Origin: an uncultured Rhodospirillaceae bacterium | Lineage (GTDB): Bacteria; Pseudomonadota; Alphaproteobacteria; UBA8366 | Direction of reading: 5' to 3' | NCBI GenBank assembly: GCA_913043025.1 | Contig: CAJWLM010000004.1 | Location: forward strand, 3,462-67,461 | DNA length: 64,000 bases | Shown here: positions 21,436-31,018 of the stretch, piece by piece | Position numbering within the stretch: position 1 is the first letter of the stretch | Layout: every line of letters starts with the position of its first letter | Translations under genes and position numbers: made by a program | The notes under the pieces: generated by a model | The model's input: the letters and a program-made list of their open reading frames with translations, nothing else | Database searches by the model: none | What the model was told of the DNA's origin: nothing

Positions 21436-22002
21436 TCAAGCGATTATATCTAGAACTGAGCCGCGTGGTGGTGCCCCGGAATTACCCGTGGTGGTTTTGC
21501 CATCAGGCAAAGTGATTTCAGCCTTGCCATTAGAGCTTTTACTGTTGCCGCTAGAGTCTAAATTTGATTGTGTACCGACTGTATTAATTTCGGTATTTCC
21601 AGTTGATGAATTTTGTTTACCACCGCCTGCAGCTTCGGCGCCTTGAACGGAACCCGCCCCACCGTTTGCAATCTCGGGAGTGTTCTGTTGTTCTAGCCCA
21701 TCTTGACCTACTTCTTGAAGGGACATGAGAGCTTCGGCTGCTGCTCTTCTCGACTGCATTGCGACCAATGCACCTGTATCGGCTGTCTCGATTGCACGCC
21801 GTTCCTCTCCCTTAACTGTGCGAAGCCCGGTATCTCTCTCGGGATCACTGTATTTTGCAGTAACCCGGATGCCATCATAGGTTTGTCGACTTTGTGCGCT
21901 GTCAACCTGGTCTCTGGTGCGTTGGCTGTGACTATCTCGGACAACAGTATTTATCCCGCTCCCGGAATTAGGTGAATTTTGTGCTGAGCCTACGTCTACC
22001 AT
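21436..22002 (-). CDS. Hypothetical low-complexity (Gly/Ser/Asn/Thr-rich) protein
   Basis: It is the longest ORF in this interval (188 aa). No recognisable motif, signal peptide or TM segment, and no clear Shine-Dalgarno before the ATG. Confidence 0.35.
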   Translation of the reverse strand: MVDVGSAQNSPNSGSGINTVVRDSHSQRTRDQVDSAQSRQTYDGIRVTAKYSDPERDTGLRTVKGEERRAIETADTGALVAMQSRRAAAEALMSLQEVGQDGLEQQNTPEIANGGAGSVQGAEAAGGGKQNSSTGNTEINTVGTQSNLDSSGNSKSSNGKAEITLPDGKTTTGNSGAPPRGSVLDIIA

Positions 22003-22213
22003 GAGACTAAGATGGGGTATTTTGGAAAAATTTTCAAGCTTCTTTATTTCAATATAAAAATATATAATGAATATATATTTATATTTGTAAAATACAATTT
22101 TACTATTATGAAATAAAAGTAAAATATATATTACAAAAAGTTAAAAATTATTTTACTTTATACATGTAAAATATAGTATGAACATATCTATATACAGCAT
22201 TTAGTAAATAAGA
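22003..22213. promoter_or_regulatory. Extremely AT-rich intergenic region with 5 copies of GTAAAAT/ATTTTAC
   Basis: A hand count over 22021-22200 gives 25 G+C in 180 nt (about 14%). GTAAAAT occurs at 22087, 22119 and 22166. ATTTTAC occurs at 22097 and 22150. The span 22087-22103 is a perfect 7-3-7 palindrome. Confidence 0.5.
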
Positions 22214-23080
22214 TTAACTATCGTCGCTTTTTTTTTCCATTGCTACGTATGTGGCGCTAGCAAATATCATGGCTGCGCCGAACCAAACTAATACATCAGG
22301 CACCTCGTTAAACATGACGTAACCGAGAATTGCAGTCCAAATCAACCTCATAAAGTCCAATGGCATTACCGCCTGTGCATCTGCCCTTCCAAGTGCTTCG
22401 GTAAGTGTGTACTGACCTAAAGTTCCTGAAGCAGCGATGATAAAAAGATAGATGCACTGGTAGATGGTAGGGGTTTGCCAAAAAATTAACGCTGTTGGCA
22501 ACGACATAATTGCCAACAACAAAGCCATATAAGCAGTTATAGTCATACTGCTTTCAGTTCGCGCTAATAATTTAATTACGATTAATGTGCCACTCCATAT
22601 AAATGCCGAAATTATTATCCATAGTGAACCTACATCAGTAAAACCAAAGCCAGGCCTCAGTATAATCAAAGCGCCTACGAAGCCGGTGCCCATGGCTAAG
22701 AGTTTTGTGGTTTTAACGCGTTCTTTGAGAAATAAAATAGCTAGCAAAACAGCGAATAAAGGGGCAGTGAAGGCTAGGGCTGTAGCCTCGGCGAGCGGTG
22801 TGAGGCTCAAACCAACATAAAAAAAGGCCATAGCTATAACATTCAACCCTGCGCGTATACCATGAAGACCAAGGCGGGCAGTGCGGAAATTTTTAAGCCT
22901 ATTCTTTAACAAGAACGGTGAGAGCGCCAGTAAGCCAAACGCATTGCGAAAAAAAACAACCACCATAGGCTCAAGCTCCTGGGTTATGTCACGTATGCTG
23001 GCATTCATTAACGCAAAGCTAATAGTCGAAACCAGCATGAGGAAGGAGGCATGAAATTTAAGGTTGGGGCGAGGAGCCAT
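22214..23080 (-). CDS. EamA/DMT family transporter
   Basis: A 288-aa protein with 10 predicted TM helices and an EamA-like repeat structure. Confidence 0.8.
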   Translation of the reverse strand: MAPRPNLKFHASFLMLVSTISFALMNASIRDITQELEPMVVVFFRNAFGLLALSPFLLKNRLKNFRTARLGLHGIRAGLNVIAMAFFYVGLSLTPLAEATALAFTAPLFAVLLAILFLKERVKTTKLLAMGTGFVGALIILRPGFGFTDVGSLWIIISAFIWSGTLIVIKLLARTESSMTITAYMALLLAIMSLPTALIFWQTPTIYQCIYLFIIAASGTLGQYTLTEALGRADAQAVMPLDFMRLIWTAILGYVMFNEVPDVLVWFGAAMIFASATYVAMEKKSDDS

Positions 23081-23393
23081 GAGTGTCCGTACAAATGAAT
23101 TTTGAGTAGTCTGAATTGTTTTTCAAATTCGATCTCTTATTTGGCGGCATGCCAGAATTAAAAAAGAAAATGGGAGTGATTGACCTTATGCCAGTTGTGT
23201 TGGATATTTTAAGGTACGACGTTGAGCGAAGCTGCAGAAATCTGGGTTTTGAATTAGATGAAAATTAATTTTTGGCGAAAAAAATTGCTAGGTCCGGTCC
23301 AGGGCCCTTTGCTCTTCCGGAAATAGCATAACTAACCGTCAATGTAGAGCCGATTTATTCAGGTCAACTGTAAGGTTTTAAAGGAATATATAA

Positions 23394-24242
23394 ATGGTCG
23401 CAGTGCAAACTAATGATTACAAAAAAATTATCGCCAAGCCATTTGCCCCTAACTTAGGTGCGGAAATTCACGAAGTTGACCTAAGTAAGACGATTTCAGA
23501 CGAGCAATTTGAAGAAATCCACCATGCATTTTTACAATACCAGGTTTTATTTTTCAAAGGTCAAAGAGTTATACCACCAGAAATACATGTCGAGTTTGGC
23601 AAAAGATTTGGTGAGCTTCATACACATCCTGCGGCGCCCACAATGAAGGGACACCCAGAAGTTTTTGAGATTCATGCAACAAAAAACTCAAAAATTGCTA
23701 ACGGTGAATTCTGGCACTCGGACGTTTCTTGCGATGAGGAGCCCCCTTTAGGCACGATGTTACAGATTCATATTTTGCCTGATTGTGGCGGTGATACCAT
23801 GTTTAACAATATGTATTCGGCATACGAGGCTTTATCCCAACCAATAAAAAATATGATTAGTGACCTAACAGCATTACACAGCTCAGAGCATATTTATAAG
23901 GGGCGATATGCAGATAGAGGCCAAAAAGACACTGATATAGACTGCCCGGAAGCTATACACCCAATTGTTAGAACTCATCCCGAAACGGGGAAGAAAGGGC
24001 TCTTTGTTAACCGGACCTTTACAACTCGAATAAACGAATTATCGGAAGATGAGAGTAATATTTTGCTAGAGCTGTTATTTCAGCAAGGCGAACACATTAA
24101 TCATCAAATAAGATTTCGATGGTCCAAAAATGATATGGCTTTTTGGGACAACCGGTGTTGCATGCATCGCGCTATTTGGGATTATTGGCCGGAAGAAAGA
24201 AAAGGTCGAAGGGTTACGATTAAAGGCGACAAACCAGCATAG
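23394..24242 (+). CDS. TauD/TfdA family Fe(II)/2-oxoglutarate dioxygenase (taurine dioxygenase-like)
   Basis: HxD iron motif FWHSDVS, distal His block WDNRCCMHRA, and VRTHPETGKK. Confidence 0.85.
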   Translation: MVAVQTNDYKKIIAKPFAPNLGAEIHEVDLSKTISDEQFEEIHHAFLQYQVLFFKGQRVIPPEIHVEFGKRFGELHTHPAAPTMKGHPEVFEIHATKNSKIANGEFWHSDVSCDEEPPLGTMLQIHILPDCGGDTMFNNMYSAYEALSQPIKNMISDLTALHSSEHIYKGRYADRGQKDTDIDCPEAIHPIVRTHPETGKKGLFVNRTFTTRINELSEDESNILLELLFQQGEHINHQIRFRWSKNDMAFWDNRCCMHRAIWDYWPEERKGRRVTIKGDKPA

Positions 24243-24346
24243 TTTTTTTGTATGCCTCATTACAAATTTAGGGACACAGCCAACAATTCTGTCACTATAA
24301 TGGGCTTAATTTGTGAATAGTGCTCCCGATCCTGAGACCATATCAT

Positions 24347-24386
24347 GCAAAAATAGTGGGAGCTGCACTATTTTTGCAGCTCCCAC
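24347..24386. terminator. Bidirectional intrinsic terminator with two overlapping alternative hairpins
   Basis: GCAAAAATAGTG (24347-24358) pairs with CACTATTTTTGC (24366-24377). GTGGGAGCTGCA (24356-24367) pairs with TGCAGCTCCCAC (24375-24386). T-runs follow on both strands, and the element lies between convergent genes. Confidence 0.6.
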
Positions 24387-24422
24387 ACACATATCTCACA
24401 TAGAAATCAACCAATAAAACAT

Positions 24423-25205
24423 TTAGAATGATTTAGATATTGAAAAAATACCGCGGGTGTCGCAGTTACCCACACCACCACAATCATCAGTATCATTCAT
24501 ATCATTTGCTACGTACTTTCCTGAAAGAGTAAATCCGCGAATGTCACGGCTGAGCGCAATAGACCAATCAGTGAAATCAACCCCGGCGTCTTGCTCAAAA
24601 CTACCCGTTCCAACTGTTCCGTCCAAAGTAAATTTGTAAGGTAGCGGCACACTAATACTCGCGCCGAAATAATGGAATTCTCCAGCATTCACCGTGTAAT
24701 CAGGAGAATATGTATATGACACACCAAGCGATGCGACACCAAAGTCATAACCTAGCCCGCCTGCATACTCAACATAGTCGTTACCAGAACCACTAGTATC
24801 CGGATATATATACCAAATGGTGTAAAAATCGATCGAAATACCATTAATCTCAGTGTTAATACCGGGCGTTAAATTCATTTCTATCTGCGAATCATCAGTG
24901 CTCCCGAAATTTACATTCGAACCCCAAACACTTGTGTACAAATTGATGGGAATGGGAGATTTGAACTGGTCTTGCAACCCTAAGGAATATCCAAACGAAC
25001 CTTGGATTGCAGGACTTGCGCCAGTTTGAGAAACACCGCGAAACGCATAATCACTGGCCAAAGACACATCTGATGAAAATTCACCGGGAACTTGGTTGAA
25101 AAATTCATCGATTGGATCTGCATCTTTTTTGTGCCCGCCCGCAAAAGCCGCACTACCTAACGTCATTATCGCCAATGCTATGAAAGCTATTAATTTTGAC
25201 CGCAT
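24423..25205 (-). CDS. TorF-family (TIGR02001-like) outer-membrane beta-barrel protein
   Basis: Signal peptide ending SAAFA, the motif SDYAFRGVSQT, alternating beta-strand pattern, and a C-terminal Phe (SISKSF). Confidence 0.7.
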   Translation of the reverse strand: MRSKLIAFIALAIMTLGSAAFAGGHKKDADPIDEFFNQVPGEFSSDVSLASDYAFRGVSQTGASPAIQGSFGYSLGLQDQFKSPIPINLYTSVWGSNVNFGSTDDSQIEMNLTPGINTEINGISIDFYTIWYIYPDTSGSGNDYVEYAGGLGYDFGVASLGVSYTYSPDYTVNAGEFHYFGASISVPLPYKFTLDGTVGTGSFEQDAGVDFTDWSIALSRDIRGFTLSGKYVANDMNDTDDCGGVGNCDTRGIFSISKSF

Positions 25206-25586
25206 TATCTGATTCCTTGCAAATATTTTTTGTTGTGTTTTTACCTACAGTTTAAATAAAACAGGGCCACATTATTTTCAATCACTTATTTGCTGTTAAC
25301 TCCATGTAATAAAACGATTTATCAAAGTGTTGTAAATTTACAATATGGGTAAAAATTGCCCATGCTAAGGGCATTTTGATTAAAAATTGTGCTATAACGT
25401 TGTTGGTGGTATTTTGTGCACTCAACCAGACAAGTGCCGGCATCCCAAAGCCGGGAGATTGTGCACTACTTCTGAGCAAAGTTATATTTTTTAGGCAATT
25501 ATTTTGCCGGGGATTGTGGTTGTCTGTTCTTTTGCTAATGGCAGTTCTGAACAGTACAATAACTTCAGAATATTAGGGAAATTGAA

Positions 25587-27005
25587 ATGGGTCGAAATAC
25601 CGATACTAAGAAGCTGCGACCGCCGTCCGTAGATCGATTACTCAAATCTAAGGAAATGGTCTTGGCGTGCGATGCTTATGGGCGCCATTTGGTGGCAGAT
25701 GCTATACGCGAAGAAGTGGCTTTACTGCGTTCCTCAATAACGTCTGGCGTTGTCACGCCACCAATGATGGAACCGCGAAATATTTTCTTAGCGGTCAACA
25801 AACGGTTGTCCAATTGGTTGCGACCTTCACTGCAGAGGGTTTTTAATCTCACTGGGACTGTTCTTCATACTAATTTAGGTAGGGCATCTATCCCGGTCGA
25901 AGCGTTAGAGGCTGTGGCAATGGTCGCTACCGGGGCCTCGAATTTGGAATATGACCTAGGTAAGGGTTGCCGTGGTGACCGAGATGATCATATCGAACCT
26001 TTAATCTGTAAATTGACTGGGGCAGATGCAGCTACGGTGGTCAATAACAATGCTGCGGCGGTATTGTTATTGCTGAACACACTTGCTGACAAGAAGGAAG
26101 TGCTGGTATCGCGAGGTCAATTAGTTGAGATAGGCGGATCTTTCCGCATCCCAGATATTATGAAGCGCGCAGGCTGCAGGTTACGTGAAGTGGGAACGAC
26201 TAATCGCACACATAAGGAAGATTATGCGGAGGTAATCGAAAAAAAGACCGCATTACTGATGTCAGTCCATACTAGTAATTACGTTGTGACTGGCTTTACC
26301 GCCGAGGTGGCACAATCTGATTTGGCTGTGATCGCGCACGAACATGGCTTACCTTACGTGGTAGACCTTGGCAGCGGTATGCTGATTGATATGACGCAGT
26401 TTGGGTTACCTCATGAGCCAACTCCCCAAGATGCGATCGCCGATGGTGCAGACCTCGTCACATTTAGCAGTGATAAATTACTCGGAGGCCCTCAGGCCGG
26501 CATAATAGCAGGGCGTGCTGATCTCATTAGGAAGATTAAAAAAAATCCATTAAAACGCGCACTGAGGCTTGATAAGATGACGATTGCTGCGCTGGAAGCG
26601 GTGCTACGGCTTTATCTAAATCCAGATTGTTTGGTCGAACGCTTACCTTCGTTGAGGGCGTTGTCCAAGCCGAAGACAAATATAATCAATGAAGCAACGG
26701 AGATAGCTCCTGCTGTAAGCGAAGCGTTAAAAAAAACTGCGACCGTGGGCGTCATCGAAATGAAAAGCCAAGTAGGAAGTGGTTCACAACCAACAAGCTT
26801 ATTGCCAAGTGGTGGGCTCGCAATTGTGCCAGCCGGAGGAAAGAAAGGTCGTGGTTCGAGATTGAAAGCACTCGCCGCTGCCTTTCGTAATCTACCGATA
26901 CCGGTAATAGGCCGTGTTACTGAGGACAAGTTTTTACTTGATTTTCGTTGCCTAGACAATCGCGTCGAGTTCGAGACTCAGTTAAACCAACTCCGGTACT
27001 CCTGA
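25587..27005 (+). CDS. selA: L-seryl-tRNA(Sec) selenium transferase
   Basis: PLP-lysine motif FSSDKLLGGPQAG. 472 aa, followed immediately by selB. Confidence 0.9.
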   Translation: MGRNTDTKKLRPPSVDRLLKSKEMVLACDAYGRHLVADAIREEVALLRSSITSGVVTPPMMEPRNIFLAVNKRLSNWLRPSLQRVFNLTGTVLHTNLGRASIPVEALEAVAMVATGASNLEYDLGKGCRGDRDDHIEPLICKLTGADAATVVNNNAAAVLLLLNTLADKKEVLVSRGQLVEIGGSFRIPDIMKRAGCRLREVGTTNRTHKEDYAEVIEKKTALLMSVHTSNYVVTGFTAEVAQSDLAVIAHEHGLPYVVDLGSGMLIDMTQFGLPHEPTPQDAIADGADLVTFSSDKLLGGPQAGIIAGRADLIRKIKKNPLKRALRLDKMTIAALEAVLRLYLNPDCLVERLPSLRALSKPKTNIINEATEIAPAVSEALKKTATVGVIEMKSQVGSGSQPTSLLPSGGLAIVPAGGKKGRGSRLKALAAAFRNLPIPVIGRVTEDKFLLDFRCLDNRVEFETQLNQLRYS

Positions 27006-27008
27006 TCC

Positions 27009-28952
27009 ATGATAGTGGCAACAGCGGGACACATAGACCACGGTAAAACCGTGTTAGTGCATGCGCTCACTGGAGTAAATACGGATAGACTGCCGGAAGA
27101 AAAATCACGCGGTCTCTCGATCGATTTGGGTTTTGCATATCGGTCATTTGATGAGAATCATACAATTGGGTTTGTTGATGTGCCGGGCCATGAGAAATTC
27201 ATTCGAAATATGTTAGCTGGCGTGACTGGGATCGATTTCGCACTGATGGTAATTGCCGCTGACGATGGTCCTATGCCTCAGACTAGAGAACACTTGGCAA
27301 TTATAAATCTTCTTGGTGTTGAAAATGGCGCGATTGCATTAACTAAAATAGACCGGGTCGATCAAGAACGGCGAGCTGAAGTTCAAAATGAAATTGCATC
27401 TTTAGTTGCTGACACAGTCATGGAGAACAAACCTATTTTCCCATGCTCAGGTCAGACAGGTCAGGGTATTATTGCGCTTAGTGAGCATCTGAAGAAAAAG
27501 GCTTTGGAGATTGCTTCAAGGGAGAAAACTGGAAAATTTCGGATGGCAATTGATCGGGTTTTCACTCTCCCTGGCGCAGGATTAGTAGTTACTGGAACTG
27601 TTTTTTCAGGAAAGACCACGTTAGGTGATCGTCTTGTTGTTTCGCCGCAAGGCCTAAATGTGCGGATCCGTTCAATCCATGCCCAAAATTCCCAGAGTGA
27701 AATTGGGTATGCAGGTCAGCGATGTGCTCTTAATATTACAGGAAGTGGGATCGATAGAGCAACAGTCTCGCGTGGAGATTGGGTGCTAGAGGGCGGACTG
27801 CATCAGCCAACAGCATGTGTTGATGCCACCATTGCTGTTCTCAAGTCAGAAAAAAGGTCTCTCATGCACTGGACGCCAGTTCATATTCACATTGGAGCTA
27901 AAGATATTACTGGCCGGGTGGCAGTTTTAGAGCACCAGAAGATAGCTCCCGGGGAACATGGTTTGGTCCAGCTAGTGTTAGATGAGAAATTGGGGTGTCT
28001 GCACGGAGATCGATTAGTTCTTCGTGATCAGTCAGCACGTCGAACTATCGCAGGAGGTATGGTGCTTGATCCATTTGCCTCTGAAAGACGAAGGCGGAAA
28101 ACAGGCCGGCTCAGGACTTTAAGAGCATTGGAATGTTCGGATCCGGGAAAAGCGCTAGGCAGGTTGCTGAAGTGCCAACGAAACGGCGTCAACCTGAGCC
28201 GTTTTAAGGTCCTTTGGAATATGTGCGACAAAGAAGCTGAGATGTTATGGCAGAAGTCAGATATGGTCTGCATAAGTTCTGCTGACGGGGAAATTGGTAT
28301 TTCCCTAGATTTCTGGGCTCATTTAAAAACAGTAATTATTGATGGTCTTGAGGCATGGCATCAACGATGGCCAGACAGGCCAGGCCCTGAGAAGGAGCGA
28401 TTACGGCGTTCGCTAGAATCGCTCGTTGAGGAGCCAATTTTTTCAGCAGCAATAACTGATCTAATCCGAGCCGGTTCAATCATTCAGAATGGTGCTTTTT
28501 CGTGCTTGCCTGGATATAGGCCCAAATTTGAAGGAAAGGTGGCTTCTCTATGGGAGCAAGTAGCAAAATTATTAGTGAATGACAGCTTGCGCCCCCCTCG
28601 TACCCGCGAGATAGCGGCTGAAGTGGATATAGATCTTAAGAAAGTAGAGGAGCTACTGGCCCGCGCATCTGCGATGGGGCTTGTCTATAGAATCTCGGAT
28701 AACCGATATTTTCTTTCTGAGACCGTGCAAGCATTGGCAGCTATAGCAGAGCGACTAGCTAACGAGGCCGATGATAATATGTTCACTGCTAAATTTTACC
28801 GAGACAACACTACCATAGGCCGCAATTTAGCAATTGAAGTGCTAGAGTTCTTCGATAGAAAAAAATTTACCAAGCGTATTGATGACAAGAGAACAGTTGA
28901 ATGTTCACATCAAGAGATTTTTGGCTCTGCACTGGATAAATCGGACGTGTAG
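27009..28952 (+). CDS. selB: Selenocysteine-specific translation elongation factor
   Basis: GTPase motifs GHIDHGKT, DVPGHEKF and TKID, plus a long winged-helix C-terminal extension (647 aa). Confidence 0.9.
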   Translation: MIVATAGHIDHGKTVLVHALTGVNTDRLPEEKSRGLSIDLGFAYRSFDENHTIGFVDVPGHEKFIRNMLAGVTGIDFALMVIAADDGPMPQTREHLAIINLLGVENGAIALTKIDRVDQERRAEVQNEIASLVADTVMENKPIFPCSGQTGQGIIALSEHLKKKALEIASREKTGKFRMAIDRVFTLPGAGLVVTGTVFSGKTTLGDRLVVSPQGLNVRIRSIHAQNSQSEIGYAGQRCALNITGSGIDRATVSRGDWVLEGGLHQPTACVDATIAVLKSEKRSLMHWTPVHIHIGAKDITGRVAVLEHQKIAPGEHGLVQLVLDEKLGCLHGDRLVLRDQSARRTIAGGMVLDPFASERRRRKTGRLRTLRALECSDPGKALGRLLKCQRNGVNLSRFKVLWNMCDKEAEMLWQKSDMVCISSADGEIGISLDFWAHLKTVIIDGLEAWHQRWPDRPGPEKERLRRSLESLVEEPIFSAAITDLIRAGSIIQNGAFSCLPGYRPKFEGKVASLWEQVAKLLVNDSLRPPRTREIAAEVDIDLKKVEELLARASAMGLVYRISDNRYFLSETVQALAAIAERLANEADDNMFTAKFYRDNTTIGRNLAIEVLEFFDRKKFTKRIDDKRTVECSHQEIFGSALDKSDV

Positions 28953-29131
28953 GGCAGGGAAGGAGCATTTCTGGGAAGTGAATTTAAGCTTTTGTTTGTT
29001 TTGGCTCTTTGTATGCTTATAATTTTGGACCTTGTAGAAAATAGTTTTAGACCCTTGGGATTTGTTGGCTCAGTCTTGATATATTTTATAGCCGCTTGAT
29101 CAGTTGCTCGTTGCGTCATAAGGTCTCGATT

Positions 29132-29228
29132 GGAGGCGTTACGTTGCCCGGTGGTGCGCCCGGTCTTCAAAACCGGAGAGGGGTATTTTGATGCTCCTGG
29201 TGGGTTCGACTCCCACACGCTTCCGCCA
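29132..29228 (+). tRNA. selC: tRNA-Sec (anticodon UCA)
   Basis: An 8-bp acceptor stem (GGAGGCGT / ACGCTTCC with one G-U). D-loop CGGT as in E. coli selC. Anticodon loop CTTCAAA with TCA at 29167-29169. Long variable arm, T-arm GTGGG-TTCGACT-CCCAC, discriminator G and encoded CCA. 97 nt. Confidence 0.9.
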
Positions 29229-29268
29229 AACAACATAATTGAGAAGTTTAAACATACAGGATTGTCAA

Positions 29269-29820
29269 ATGGCACGGATTGCTTATCCAGACCTTTCGCA
29301 ACTTTCAGAAGATGTTCAAGAATTGGCGGCGCGTATAAACCCAATGCTGAATGTTTTTCGAATGCTCGCTCATGCTGAATCTGCGTATTATGGCTTCATG
29401 AAGTTTGGAAATGCGCTTCTAATGAAGTCTGAACTTAATCCGGTTTTGAGGGAAATTATCATCCTTCGGGTTGGCCATCTTTCGAAGGCATCCTACGAGA
29501 TTTATCAGCACGAAAAAATTGCCCGTCATGTTGGCGTATCATCAGATAAGATCAAGGCGCTGGGTTCGGGTGAGAACGAGGACGTATTCGATTATATCGA
29601 GAATATCGTTATCCGATTTACCGACGAAGTCGTTCACTCGGTTAAGGCACACGAAAATACTTTTGATGCGATTTCCCAATATCTAAACCCTCGTCAATTG
29701 AACGAAGCAATTTTAATTATTGGATTTTATATGATGGTTTGTCGCTACCTTGAGAATCTTGAGATTGATATTGAGGAAGAGGGCGTTGTGGACCCAACGC
29801 TTAACTTTGCACCAGACTGA
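29269..29820 (+). CDS. Carboxymuconolactone decarboxylase (CMD/AhpD-like) family protein
   Basis: MARIAYPDLSQLSEDVQELAARINP...NVFRMLAHAE...LREIIILRVGHL is typical of the CMD family. The ORF is open from 29239, and the ATG at 29269 is the usual family start. Confidence 0.7.
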   Translation: MARIAYPDLSQLSEDVQELAARINPMLNVFRMLAHAESAYYGFMKFGNALLMKSELNPVLREIIILRVGHLSKASYEIYQHEKIARHVGVSSDKIKALGSGENEDVFDYIENIVIRFTDEVVHSVKAHENTFDAISQYLNPRQLNEAILIIGFYMMVCRYLENLEIDIEEEGVVDPTLNFAPD

Positions 29821-29881
29821 TTTAGGCTTTTTAAATAAGTAACACTTTTTAAAAAATTTGTCACATTATGTGGGGGAGGAT

Positions 29882-31000
29882 ATGGTTCTAACCGTCAAAA
29901 GCAAACTAGCCTTACAGAGTACTGTGCCTCCCGATATTGACCTTGTGGAGTGGTATTATGAACAAGGGTTCTCCGATGGATTACCAGTAGTTCCTCCTAC
30001 GCCAGGAAAAATAGATGCGATGTTAGAGGAGCTGGGCGGTGAAACAGAAAGTGTTGTATGCAGAGTGCCACCTCGTTGGGGCACATTGACGACCGAGGTG
30101 CTCGCTATCAACTTGGTCATGGCGGGCTGTAAACCAGCATATGCAAGAGTGGTGCGTGCGGCATTGATAGCTTTGACTGATAATGCCTTCAATCTGAATG
30201 GTGTGCAGGCCACTACTCATATGGCTTCTCCACTTTTGGTCGTGAATGGACCGGTGAGAGATGAGATTGGGATGAACTCTGGTTATAACACATTTGGCTC
30301 AGGTAATCGTGCCAATGCCACAATAGGCCGTGCTGTTCGAATGGTTTTGCTAAATGTTGGTGGAGCATGGCCAGGAGATCTTGATAAATCGACATTAGGG
30401 TCGCCAGCAAAATATGCATACTGTATCGCGGAAAATGAAGAAGAAAGTCCCTTTATTCCTTATCACGTTGAAAAAGGGTTTGATGACTCTGATTCAACGG
30501 TTTTCGTTATGGCGGCAGAACCTCCCCACTCAGTCACCAACCATGTAGCTGATGATCCCGAGGGAGTGCTGGAATCTGTCTCCTCTGCGATGAGTACTTT
30601 TGCTAACAATAATGCAGTATCTGGTGGCCATTGCGCCATTGTCTTGGGGCCAGAACACGCAAAAACCATAAGCAGTAAAGGATGGAGCCGTAGCGACATA
30701 AGGAACTTTCTTTGGATGCATTCTGGGAACCGCTTCGGTGATATCGCTTTCGATCATCGTTATGGTAAAATTTATAATCGCAACCTTCCTAAATGGTATA
30801 AACGTGGCATTGAAGATCGAATCCCGATTGTTCCCTCACCCGATCATATTCATCTTTTCGTCGCCGGTGGAGAGGCAGGTCGGTTCTCAGCCTTTATTCC
30901 CGGGTGGGGTCATATGACCAATCCGGTATTACGCTCTGTTTCCGGATTGCCAGCTGCAACAACGGATACACTGTGTAATGATGAAGCTTGTCAGTATTAA
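29882..31000 (+). CDS. Conserved hypothetical protein (family not recognised)
   Basis: The ATG at 29882 follows GGGGGAGGA. A 372-aa soluble protein with motifs FSDGLPVVPPTPGK and NRANATIGRAVRMV. It ends 18 nt before the selenoprotein gene. Confidence 0.6.
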   Translation: MVLTVKSKLALQSTVPPDIDLVEWYYEQGFSDGLPVVPPTPGKIDAMLEELGGETESVVCRVPPRWGTLTTEVLAINLVMAGCKPAYARVVRAALIALTDNAFNLNGVQATTHMASPLLVVNGPVRDEIGMNSGYNTFGSGNRANATIGRAVRMVLLNVGGAWPGDLDKSTLGSPAKYAYCIAENEEESPFIPYHVEKGFDDSDSTVFVMAAEPPHSVTNHVADDPEGVLESVSSAMSTFANNNAVSGGHCAIVLGPEHAKTISSKGWSRSDIRNFLWMHSGNRFGDIAFDHRYGKIYNRNLPKWYKRGIEDRIPIVPSPDHIHLFVAGGEAGRFSAFIPGWGHMTNPVLRSVSGLPAATTDTLCNDEACQY

Positions 31001-31018
31001 CAGTTCGGGAGAGAAAAT

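Noticed and set aside
22003-22213. The repeats in the AT-rich region could be a CRISPR array or a miniature mobile element.
   Set aside because: The repeat unit is only 7 nt, with irregular spacing and mixed orientation. There are no cas genes, terminal inverted repeats or target-site duplication.
25282-25576. Small ORFs (65 and 66 aa) upstream of selA.
   Set aside because: They overlap each other on opposite strands in a promoter-like AT-rich spacer and show no motifs or RBS, so they are likely non-coding.
28910-29378. ORFs 28910-29344 (minus, 144 aa) and 29130-29378 (plus, 82 aa).
   Set aside because: Both lie across the well-folded tRNA-Sec gene (29132-29228) and have no protein-like motifs, so they are spurious.
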